Shown here piece by piece: positions 9,587-16,820 of a stretch of DNA of 27,280 nt (position 1 is its first letter; each line of letters starts with the position of its first letter). Made by a program: the position numbers and the translations under genes. Under the pieces are notes generated by a model, which worked only from the letters and a program-made list of their open reading frames with translations, was not told the DNA's origin and ran no database searches. Origin of the DNA: a virus. Taxonomy: Duplodnaviria; Caudoviricetes. The stretch covers positions 1-27,280 of IMG/VR virus record IMGVR_UViG_3300044988_000111; one strand, written 5' to 3'.

Positions 9587-9646
9587 ATTGTCTCCTTTTA
9601 GTTGAAGTTCCGCTATAAAGCGGTTGACCTATCCTAATTTTTATTA

Positions 9647-9940
9647 TTAGAATTTTTGACCATCAATGGATTTTCTGAAATCTTCTAATTGCTTCTTAGC
9701 AAGTTTTCCAGTTTCCATTATCTCAATAAAGTGTTGTTCCACTTTTTGAACGATTTGAAATGCTAGCCATAATTTTTCTCTAGCATCTTGTTCGTTAACG
9801 CCTGTGTTTAACAGACTTTGAGAGTACAATTTTTTTAAATTCTCTATCGCTTCCACAAAGATTGGATTTGATAAACCAAGTCTTGCTTTCTCTGATCTAC
9901 TTAATTCCGATTGGAGTTTCGTTTGATCCATTTCCTGCAT
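9647..9940 (-). CDS. Conserved protein between portal and scaffold (97 aa)
   Basis: 'REKLWLA...ETGKLA' helical protein; AGGA RBS. Confidence 0.75.
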   Translation of the reverse strand: MQEMDQTKLQSELSRSEKARLGLSNPIFVEAIENLKKLYSQSLLNTGVNEQDAREKLWLAFQIVQKVEQHFIEIMETGKLAKKQLEDFRKSIDGQKF

Positions 9941-12068
9941 TTAATTCCTGTACTTGTTGTCCAAATTCTTGCGTAGCTTTTTGTGCCGCTGTTAAATTCT
10001 TAGAAGCATTATTTAATCTAGCTTTAGTTAGATCTACTTCTCCTTGTAATTTTGCAACGTCAATCTGTGTATTATACTTTAACTCTAATTCTTTCATTTT
10101 TGTCTGAAAGTCAAGCTGCATTTTAGAACTGTCTAGTTGTAGTTCTTTAAATTGTAATTCTAAATCAGCTTGTTTTCTTTTGTTTTCACTATCTATTCTA
10201 GTGAATTCAATCTTTTCAATAGGTGTTAAAGCAGGTGCTTGTGGTGGTTGAACATACTGCATACCAACATCTGGGTTAACAAAGTAATTTTCTGTATTTT
10301 TAAGACCAGCATTTTCAATCATCTTAGATAACGTATTATAAATATTTTTTAAAGTTACCATTGGATATTCTTTATTGCCTTGCAAAGTAAATGCTTGCAT
10401 TTGTTTTTCAAGAATACTGTTTAAAATAACTAATTGTTGTTCTTTAGAACCTGAACCTAATCCAACTACAATATTAATATTATATTTATCTTTCCATTCA
10501 GTTGGTCTTACTGGAATAAATACATTGTTTAATTGTACTAATCTTTCTACTTCTTGATACTTAACTGTTAATTCAAAAATCTTTTCAAATAATTCTTTAA
10601 CGCCAGTCTCTGCAAATATTCTAGCAATTAACTCCATACGCATTTGTGTTTGCGTCATTAAAGTATTAATTCCTGTTGCAGTTTTATTTAAACTGTCAGC
10701 GTCTAATCCTTGTGCATATCTTGTAACACCAGTTCTAGTTTCTCTAACTGTGTCTAAGTATTCAAGTAATGGAAATGCTTGAGCAGAAATTGTTTGGTTC
10801 TGCATTGGTAACATAACTTGAGAAGGTGGTTGTTTTGTTCTTACAACTCCGCCTGGTCTAGCTGTTAGTAAATCATCAAGATTTACCATTCCATCCATAA
10901 TCGCAATACGATTATTATTTGTCAGATACATATTATCTAACAACTGTCTTAAAACTGTAGATTTAATTAATTGAATATCTTGTACTAATTCAGAAACTGA
11001 TCTGCCATAAAATCTATGTGGCATTGGTATTGGAGTTAACGAACAAAAAGGAATAGAATCAACTTCAACGTTTTCTAAAATATTATCTGCAGTATCTCCT
11101 ATAACTGTAATCTTTCTTAATTCTGCAAGACCATCTCCATCAAAGTCTAATCTTACATAACATTCAAAAACATCAATTGCATCTGTAGAAGAGTCTGGTG
11201 ATGAAGCAAAAGGATATTCGTCTATATCAGAATACCTAGTTAGTTTTTCAGAGTTAAAAATAATTTCTTGTGAGTGAGGTAATGCAGAGATAACATCTTT
11301 GTCATATCCCATTTGAATTAATTCAGTTCTAGTCTTAGTAGTTCTATGAGCTACAAAATTAGCATCTTGAATTGTTTTAGCGTTTCTTTGTATTAAAAAT
11401 TCTTCTGGTGGTACGTTTTCAATTTTAACTCTACCTTCATCTGAGTGTCGTCTTATTTTAATGCTATGAAGTTTTGGTCTTGGTAAATTTAAAGCTTGAC
11501 CTTGTTGCGCAGCAATTGCTTCTAGCGCTTTTATTTGTTCATCTTGAGATTCATCTTCTTCTTCAATGTGTTCAAGAACTTCTACATTCTTATCATTAAT
11601 AATTGCTTGGTAAGAATCTTCGTTTAAATCTTCGTAAGTTTCATGTTCGTATTTTTTTGTCTCTTCCCAATAAACTTTAACGATACCATTTTTTTCTAAA
11701 AGAGCATCTTTGAACCAGCTATATAAAATTGTAAAACCTGGATTATCTTTATTAAAAATATAATTAATATAATTTGTTGCTTGTTCAGCAAGAGCAACAT
11801 CTTCTGCTTTTACTGGTTCGCAAACAACCGTTCTGTCAGATGCTGTAAAAATTCTAAGAAGATTTGGAAGTATAGTTTCAATTGTATCTGCAACGTCAGT
11901 AGAGACAACTTGTGAGCGACCATCTATTTCAGTTCCTAGTTTTTCTCCTAGATAATATTCAATAGATTTTTTTCTTTGCTCAGATAATTGACCACCAAGA
12001 TAACCTAATGCTCCATTAATTTCTGCATTAAGAATTGCTTTAATTTCTGTGTCTGATAATTTTGCCAT
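9897..12068 (-). CDS. Portal protein
   Basis: 723 aa after terL; 'GRSQVVSTDVADTIE', 'KDALLEKNG', 'PMPHRFYGRS' motifs; C-terminal coiled-coil barrel (P22-like). Confidence 0.9.
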   Translation of the reverse strand: MAKLSDTEIKAILNAEINGALGYLGGQLSEQRKKSIEYYLGEKLGTEIDGRSQVVSTDVADTIETILPNLLRIFTASDRTVVCEPVKAEDVALAEQATNYINYIFNKDNPGFTILYSWFKDALLEKNGIVKVYWEETKKYEHETYEDLNEDSYQAIINDKNVEVLEHIEEEDESQDEQIKALEAIAAQQGQALNLPRPKLHSIKIRRHSDEGRVKIENVPPEEFLIQRNAKTIQDANFVAHRTTKTRTELIQMGYDKDVISALPHSQEIIFNSEKLTRYSDIDEYPFASSPDSSTDAIDVFECYVRLDFDGDGLAELRKITVIGDTADNILENVEVDSIPFCSLTPIPMPHRFYGRSVSELVQDIQLIKSTVLRQLLDNMYLTNNNRIAIMDGMVNLDDLLTARPGGVVRTKQPPSQVMLPMQNQTISAQAFPLLEYLDTVRETRTGVTRYAQGLDADSLNKTATGINTLMTQTQMRMELIARIFAETGVKELFEKIFELTVKYQEVERLVQLNNVFIPVRPTEWKDKYNINIVVGLGSGSKEQQLVILNSILEKQMQAFTLQGNKEYPMVTLKNIYNTLSKMIENAGLKNTENYFVNPDVGMQYVQPPQAPALTPIEKIEFTRIDSENKRKQADLELQFKELQLDSSKMQLDFQTKMKELELKYNTQIDVAKLQGEVDLTKARLNNASKNLTAAQKATQEFGQQVQELNAGNGSNETPIGIK

Positions 12069-12069
12069 A

Positions 12070-13338
12070 TTAAATAATATAATTCGTATTTACTTCTATC
12101 TTTTTTTTCCAATTTGTCATCTCAATTCCGTAACCCACAACACCTGTTCTTAAAGCATCTGCGGCATGGCTTGCAAAATTGTGTATGGGTCTATTCCTAA
12201 AACATTGGTTTATGTCATCCCATTTTTTCTGGTAAGATTTTAAACATTCCATACCATAATGGCATTTGTTTTTGTCAAACCAACAGTTAGGCAAAACCTT
12301 TCTTACTGCTTCAATACCATCTTCTAAAGATAGTTTCGGCGCAACCTCAAATGCTATACCTAATTCTAAGGCAGTTTCCAACCTTGATTTTCCATAAGCC
12401 CCTAGTTCTCTAACCTTGATATCATGTGGAGCAATATGTCTTGAATACTTATAACCCTTGCTTTCAATAATATTAGCGTAGTGGTCTAATCCTTCGCCGG
12501 CGTTTTCGTAAAAATCTATTAATCTTATTTCACCTTTGTGTCTCTGTGCAAACCAAATCACAGTAGAATCATTCATTCCTAAATCCCACCATGTTTCAAC
12601 CGGCAGCGCTTTGTCGTATAAATTTTCTATAACTCTATTTGTCTTTTCTAAGTTTTCAATAATAGCTCCATAGTAAGAACCTGTTATTGCAGCTTGAAAA
12701 GAACATTCAAATTCTTGTTCAAACAAATCCTCAGACATAATAGATTTGGCAGCTTTTAATTCATCATCATCTAGTATCTTTGTTTCAGATGCTCTGTGTA
12801 TTGATGAATACCAACCTTCTGTCTTTTGAGCGTATTGGTATAATTCAAAAAAATAATTTTTGCCTTTTGGCGTTCCAATAAATACACACCAACCTTTCCT
12901 ATCTGCCAAAGCTGGTCTTATGATTTCAGGAAATAAATTTGGTGCAATGCTTTGCGTTTCATCTAAAACACAACCATCTAAAAATATACCTCTTAATGCC
13001 TGGTCATTCTCAGCGCCAAGAATTGTAATCCTTGCGCCATTTGGAAAGTCAGCTCTTAATTCTGATTCGTTAAACTTAACACTTGGTATCTTGCCAGCAA
13101 AAGTTTTGATGTAATCCCAAGCTGTTGCTTTACCTTGTTTGAAAGTAGGAGAGATAAATGCGTACCTAGAATTTGGCTTCTTGGTGTACATCGCATCTCT
13201 AATCATGTGATTAATACACATCACAGTCTTACCTGCTCTTCGGTGCAAGACCAATACGGAGAATCGGTGCTTAGAGATATTATCATGCAATTTTTTTTGC
13301 AGTTCTCTTGGCTTGTATGGAATCTCAAATATTGGCAT
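12070..13338 (-). CDS. terL: Terminase large subunit
   Basis: Walker A 'HRRAGKT', Walker B 'CVLDE', 'IGTPKG' coupling motif, nuclease 'WDLG' and 'SHAADALR'. Confidence 0.95.
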   Translation of the reverse strand: MPIFEIPYKPRELQKKLHDNISKHRFSVLVLHRRAGKTVMCINHMIRDAMYTKKPNSRYAFISPTFKQGKATAWDYIKTFAGKIPSVKFNESELRADFPNGARITILGAENDQALRGIFLDGCVLDETQSIAPNLFPEIIRPALADRKGWCVFIGTPKGKNYFFELYQYAQKTEGWYSSIHRASETKILDDDELKAAKSIMSEDLFEQEFECSFQAAITGSYYGAIIENLEKTNRVIENLYDKALPVETWWDLGMNDSTVIWFAQRHKGEIRLIDFYENAGEGLDHYANIIESKGYKYSRHIAPHDIKVRELGAYGKSRLETALELGIAFEVAPKLSLEDGIEAVRKVLPNCWFDKNKCHYGMECLKSYQKKWDDINQCFRNRPIHNFASHAADALRTGVVGYGIEMTNWKKKIEVNTNYII

Positions 13339-13361
13339 TTTTAAATAAAACCCCCCTATCC

Positions 13362-13535
13362 TTAATGGACAGTCAAGGGTTTAGCAACTGGTATCTTATC
13401 TAGTTCTAATTCTTCTGTAATGTGCTGACTAAAACTCCAAGCATCTTCGTAATCTTCAAAGCCATTGAACATAACGATTACTGAGTTGGTAACTTCATCA
13501 ACCATTACTAGCGCTTTGTATTTTGTATGTTTCAT
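13362..13535 (-). CDS. Small hypothetical protein (57 aa)
   Basis: MKHTKYKALVMVDEVTNSVIVMFNGFEDYEDAWSFSQHITEELELDKIPVAKPLTVH; protein-like composition, weak RBS. Confidence 0.6.
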   Translation of the reverse strand: MKHTKYKALVMVDEVTNSVIVMFNGFEDYEDAWSFSQHITEELELDKIPVAKPLTVH

Positions 13536-13694
13536 TTGGGTTTTTGTAGTTTGTATGTGTGTACCTTCTAACGTTATATTGACGCCGCCGGAAATTGCTT
13601 TGGTGGTAGGGTCGCTATAAAACCCCCCCTATTTGCCCTGTAAAACTTAAGAACGCCTGCCTGCCTGGCGCAATACAACCTATGCTGCATTTCC

Positions 13695-13786
13695 GATAAT
13701 TGTTTGTTATCACCAGTTTTAGACAATAGCTTGTCAACAGCGCAGTAATTCTACTCATGGTTGCTAGTGATAACTTATGATTATCA
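13695..13786. promoter_or_regulatory. Pair of GATAA-N7-TTATC palindromes
   Basis: 13695-13711 and 13769-13785 in non-coding DNA downstream of terS. Confidence 0.55.
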
Positions 13787-13901
13787 ATAGTAATGAGGTT
13801 ATTAGCTTATAAGTTGTGTGTGCAAGTTTATGTCTGAACTTTGCAATTATCTTCCAACTATCCAATCAAATCAACAGCTTTAATTAAAAAACAACTAATA
13901 A

Positions 13902-14330
13902 TTAATCCTGCCATTTAATAATAATTGGGTCTTTATTGTTCCCAGATAAGCTTAAATTGTCCTTTTTAGCATATACTTTTGAAGCTATTCTCTCACTCTT
14001 CCACTTTGCTAAATCTAAATAAGCTTTGATTAAATGTGTCTGGGCTAAGTCCGGTCTCAAGTTCTTGTCTGTTTCGTTCTGTGATTTATTAATACTTTTG
14101 TTTATGTACTCTTCAGCATTAGCTAAAAGATATTCGCAACCGTCTTGCTTAGCTTGAGTATATTTCTCTCTGCGTTCTGGGTATTTATTTATCCATTGTC
14201 TAAAGCACTCCCAAGTTGGTCGCTCTGGTCTCTCCTTAGTGTTTAGCACTTCTCTGATTGACTGACCTTCTGCAAGTTCCTGACATATTTGGTCAAAGAG
14301 TTGCTCTGTATATTTTGTTTTATTTGCCAT
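13902..14330 (-). CDS. terS: Terminase small subunit
   Basis: 'KYTEQLFDQICQELAEGQSIREV' N-terminal HTH as in Sf6/P22-type TerS; C-terminal 'DPIIIKW'; upstream of terL. Confidence 0.8.
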   Translation of the reverse strand: MANKTKYTEQLFDQICQELAEGQSIREVLNTKERPERPTWECFRQWINKYPERREKYTQAKQDGCEYLLANAEEYINKSINKSQNETDKNLRPDLAQTHLIKAYLDLAKWKSERIASKVYAKKDNLSLSGNNKDPIIIKWQD

Positions 14331-14387
14331 GTATTAGTTCCTATTATGTTCTTGTTGATAAGTATATTAAATAATTGTTTGTATGTG

Positions 14388-14416
14388 TTGACTTAGTGTG
14401 TACGTTATGATTTATT
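14388..14416 (+). promoter_or_regulatory. Sigma70-type promoter for plus-strand cassette
   Basis: TTGACT-17 nt-TTTATT, followed by CGAATCA and GGAG RBS. Confidence 0.5.
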
Positions 14417-14452
14417 CCGAATCATTAACAAATAACTACGGAGATAAAAACA

Positions 14453-14899
14453 ATGGGTACTAGATGCAATATAAATATAAAAATGTACAACACAAATATC
14501 TGGTTATATAGACACCATGACGGCTATTTATCTGAAACAGGTAATAACCTTGTTTGTAATTTAATTCATTCTAAAGATGCTCAATCATTTTTAGAAAATC
14601 TTTTAAATGAAAAATATGAGGTTGATAATTTAAGACCTGCTAGAAAGATATACGAACTTACAACCTCTCAACATGGAGATATTGAGTATTTATATACTTT
14701 TGATTTTTCAAATAATAATAATTGGGTTGATGTATATATTGAAAAATTAGAATATACAGACAGTCCAATCAAAAAACCTAAAATGATTTTAGAATCTAGA
14801 TGTTTAGCAATGGATAATAAAGATCCAGAAGTTATGCCAAATGCTTTTAAATTAATTTTTGAAGAAAGAAATAAAAAATTATTTGGTCAAGCTGCTTAA
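14453..14899 (+). CDS. Conserved phage hypothetical protein (148 aa)
   Basis: 'MGTR.NI...YRHHDGY...G' and 'GDIEYLY' motifs of a widespread uncharacterised phage family; GGAG RBS. Confidence 0.8.
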   Translation: MGTRCNINIKMYNTNIWLYRHHDGYLSETGNNLVCNLIHSKDAQSFLENLLNEKYEVDNLRPARKIYELTTSQHGDIEYLYTFDFSNNNNWVDVYIEKLEYTDSPIKKPKMILESRCLAMDNKDPEVMPNAFKLIFEERNKKLFGQAA

Positions 14900-14900
14900 C

Positions 14901-14962
14901 TTTTAAGAACTTGTAACCTTGTATTTATACAGGGTTACAGGATCTTAAAATAAATTAAGATC
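14901..14962 (+). promoter_or_regulatory. Long intergenic stem with alternative hairpin
   Basis: 23-bp stem 14901-14950 (2 G.U, 1 mismatch); overlapping perfect GATCTTAA/TTAAGATC repeat 14941-14962. Confidence 0.65.
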
Positions 14963-14985
14963 AAAACAACCGGAGATATAAACTA

Positions 14986-15300
14986 ATGATTAAAATAAAA
15001 GATAAAAAAATACATGTTTCACCAGATACTAAAAATTATGTTTATTATCTGACTTTAGAAAATGATCCTGTTGAATATGAATTAACTTATTCTTATTCTA
15101 ATAGTTCTTTTTATAAAGGCGTCTCAGCAACACTATCAATTGTAACCGGTAACTTTGCTAAAGCTATTGCATGCAAACGCTTGCAATCAATTAATAGATT
15201 TACACTTAATCAAGTCTGTAAAGTATTTGATTATTACAATCTCAATAAACCTGCTGGACAGATTTTATTAAATCAACTTTACTACAAGGAGCTAAACTAA
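14986..15300 (+). CDS. Hypothetical protein (104 aa)
   Basis: GGAG RBS; no recognised motif. Confidence 0.7.
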   Translation: MIKIKDKKIHVSPDTKNYVYYLTLENDPVEYELTYSYSNSSFYKGVSATLSIVTGNFAKAIACKRLQSINRFTLNQVCKVFDYYNLNKPAGQILLNQLYYKELN

Positions 15301-15410
15301 TGAACGAAGATTTAAAACAATGCTTGCTAGCAATATTATTTATTGCTGCTTGCTACGCTTCTATGTATTTATTTTATTATGTCAGTAAATATTTAGACTA
15401 TATTAACTAA
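15300..15410 (+). CDS. Single-TM micropeptide (36 aa)
   Basis: MNEDLKQCLLAILFIAACYASMYLFYYVSKYLDYIN; AAGGAG RBS and TAATG overlap. Confidence 0.7.
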   Translation: MNEDLKQCLLAILFIAACYASMYLFYYVSKYLDYIN

Positions 15411-15419
15411 CGTATTAAA

Positions 15420-15503
15420 ATGGATAACGACTCACCAATTACAGCTTTAGTAATATTTGGCATTAATATTTTAATATTAATTACCTACTACGTTCTCATG
15501 TAG
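15420..15503 (+). CDS. Possible single-TM micropeptide (27 aa)
   Basis: MDNDSPITALVIFGINILILITYYVLM; no clear RBS. Confidence 0.4.
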   Translation: MDNDSPITALVIFGINILILITYYVLM

Positions 15504-15508
15504 TTTCA

Positions 15509-15645
15509 TCAAGTGGAGTATCGGATAACAATGTATATGGAGAGCAACACTCCACTTGAAATCTTAATTTAATCTATATGTTTAGGGGATAAAAAGAGAG
15601 ATTTAAGATTAAGATTATATTGGATATAAAAATATCAATACTATC
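15509..15645 (-). ncRNA. Candidate two-hairpin small RNA with pyrimidine-rich loops
   Basis: 11-bp perfect stem 15509-15519/15549-15559, extended by wobble pairs only on the minus strand; second stem 15560-15616; TTGACA upstream. Confidence 0.4.
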
Positions 15646-15650
15646 AGATT

Positions 15651-15678
15651 TCTGTACCTAAAATGTTCTTTTTGTCAA
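15651..15678 (-). promoter_or_regulatory. Candidate late promoter
   Basis: Perfect TTGACA at 15678-15673; -10 only TACAGA at 16-nt spacing. Confidence 0.4.
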
Positions 15679-15695
15679 TCGTTATAAAATAAATA

Positions 15696-16124
15696 TTAAT
15701 TGCTTTTAGATATTAAACTTTGATATCCTACTCTGTTCACTAAATTACAGGCGTCAAATAGAGCTAGTCTATATCTATATTTAAGCTGATTAAACGTTAA
15801 GTCTAAATACATTCTATTAAGTTCTCTAATGCTTAAGCGTTCCGGAAAGTTTCGCAGCGATAATAATTCTCTGTTGTCCTTATCAAGTTTTAACAATGTG
15901 AATATCACAAGCTCATAAATTGACAGCTGCTTGGGTGTTGCTTTGAGGTTCTTATTTTTCTTATCATGATAGCCCCAGTCCTTACTATCATAATGAACTG
16001 TTCCTATTATCTTAAACATGGAAGGCGATCTATTGTTCTTAACTCCTGGTATTATCTTCTCAACAAATGATGATGTCTTTAAGTAATTATCAAATTCTTC
16101 TATTGTTATTGGAGTATCAATCAT
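15696..16124 (-). CDS. Putative late-transcription regulator (DUF6362/RinA/Q-like C-terminal HTH)
   Basis: 'LDKDNRELLSLR...SIRELN...LTFNQLKYRYRLAL' sigma-region-4-like pattern; last gene before morphogenesis genes. Confidence 0.55.
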   Translation of the reverse strand: MIDTPITIEEFDNYLKTSSFVEKIIPGVKNNRSPSMFKIIGTVHYDSKDWGYHDKKNKNLKATPKQLSIYELVIFTLLKLDKDNRELLSLRNFPERLSIRELNRMYLDLTFNQLKYRYRLALFDACNLVNRVGYQSLISKSN

Positions 16125-16282
16125 TTTTTGGCGCAGCAGTTCCGGCGTAGCTTTTCCCTTGTGTCATGGCTAAATACTACCTACCATATCTTGATATAAA
16201 TACAATTGGTCTTGCAGTTATCCCCCCCTTTAATAAACAAACAATAACCTCTGGAGTGCTAGCTATGCTTTAGTCTGATTGC

Positions 16283-16424
16283 CTTAAGCTTATATAAGCT
16301 TATATGCTTATATATGCTTATATACTTAAATATACTTATAAGATTATATATAGGTATATATATATAGGTATATATAATGTCCAAATTTTGGACTACCCCT
16401 GTTCAAATTTTGAACATACCCCCC
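16283..16424. repeat. Putative replication origin: two palindromic iterons plus AT-rich tandem repeats
   Basis: TGTCCAAATTTTGGACTACCCC (16378-16399) and TGTTCAAATTTTGAACATACCCC (16400-16422); GCTTATAT x4; TATATAGGTATATA x2; abuts HTH initiator gene. Confidence 0.7.
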
Positions 16425-16820
16425 CTAAAGAATACTGATTATATTATCTGTTTTAGATGTGTGCTTCTTAGTAGATTTCTTTTTAATACCTACCTTTATA
16501 AACTTACGGAACTCATTATTACGCTTAATAGACTCCTGGCGTTTTGATTTATCCAATGTGTAAGTTGATGTCTGCTCTAAATGGGTCTTAAATCTTGCAA
16601 CGTACCCCAAATTTTGCAAGCGATCCAAATACTTGATGATTGTACCCCTAGACTTAATCCCTGTGCGTTCTTGTAGGTATTTAAGCGATACTCTAATACC
16701 TCTTGGAGCATGCTCATAAGACTTTAAGATAACGTAGATAATCTTCTCATGGGAATTGAGTTCAAACGAATCTAATATATCTTTAGTTATCTTCTCAAAT
16801 TTAATTGTCTCAGGTTTCAT
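16425..16820 (-). CDS. Winged-HTH replication initiator-like protein
   Basis: 'LNSHEKIIYVIL...VSLKYLQERTGIKSRGTIIKYLDRLQNLGYV' matches the N-terminal HTH of phage replisome organisers. Confidence 0.7.
   Translation of the reverse strand: MKPETIKFEKITKDILDSFELNSHEKIIYVILKSYEHAPRGIRVSLKYLQERTGIKSRGTIIKYLDRLQNLGYVARFKTHLEQTSTYTLDKSKRQESIKRNNEFRKFIKVGIKKKSTKKHTSKTDNIISIL

Noticed and set aside
12100-12108. In-frame A_AAA_AAG near the end of terL
   Set aside because: No clear upstream SD; the -1 frame does not join the portal frame and gives an unremarkable 31-aa tail
1992-13344. Other antisense or nested ORFs (1992, 2414, 3612, 7545, 9233, 9862, 10375, 12860, 13135)
   Set aside because: Lie within well-supported genes, have implausible composition and lack initiation signals
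13695-13786. Fur box or canonical dif call for the GATAA palindromes
   Set aside because: Spacer is 7 nt (Fur consensus gives 9 between these pentamers, dif gives 6) and there is no TTATGTTAAAT XerD arm; kept only as an unassigned site
15522-15532. CGGATAACAAT, identical to part of the lac operator
   Set aside because: 11-nt partial match with no vector context; most likely chance
16117-16167. 16-codon ORF MTQGKSYAGTAAPKND upstream of the regulator gene
   Set aside because: Too short and weakly supported; could at most be a coupling leader
16283-16424. Repeats considered as a mini-CRISPR array
   Set aside because: No unique spacers and only two palindromic units; better explained as an origin
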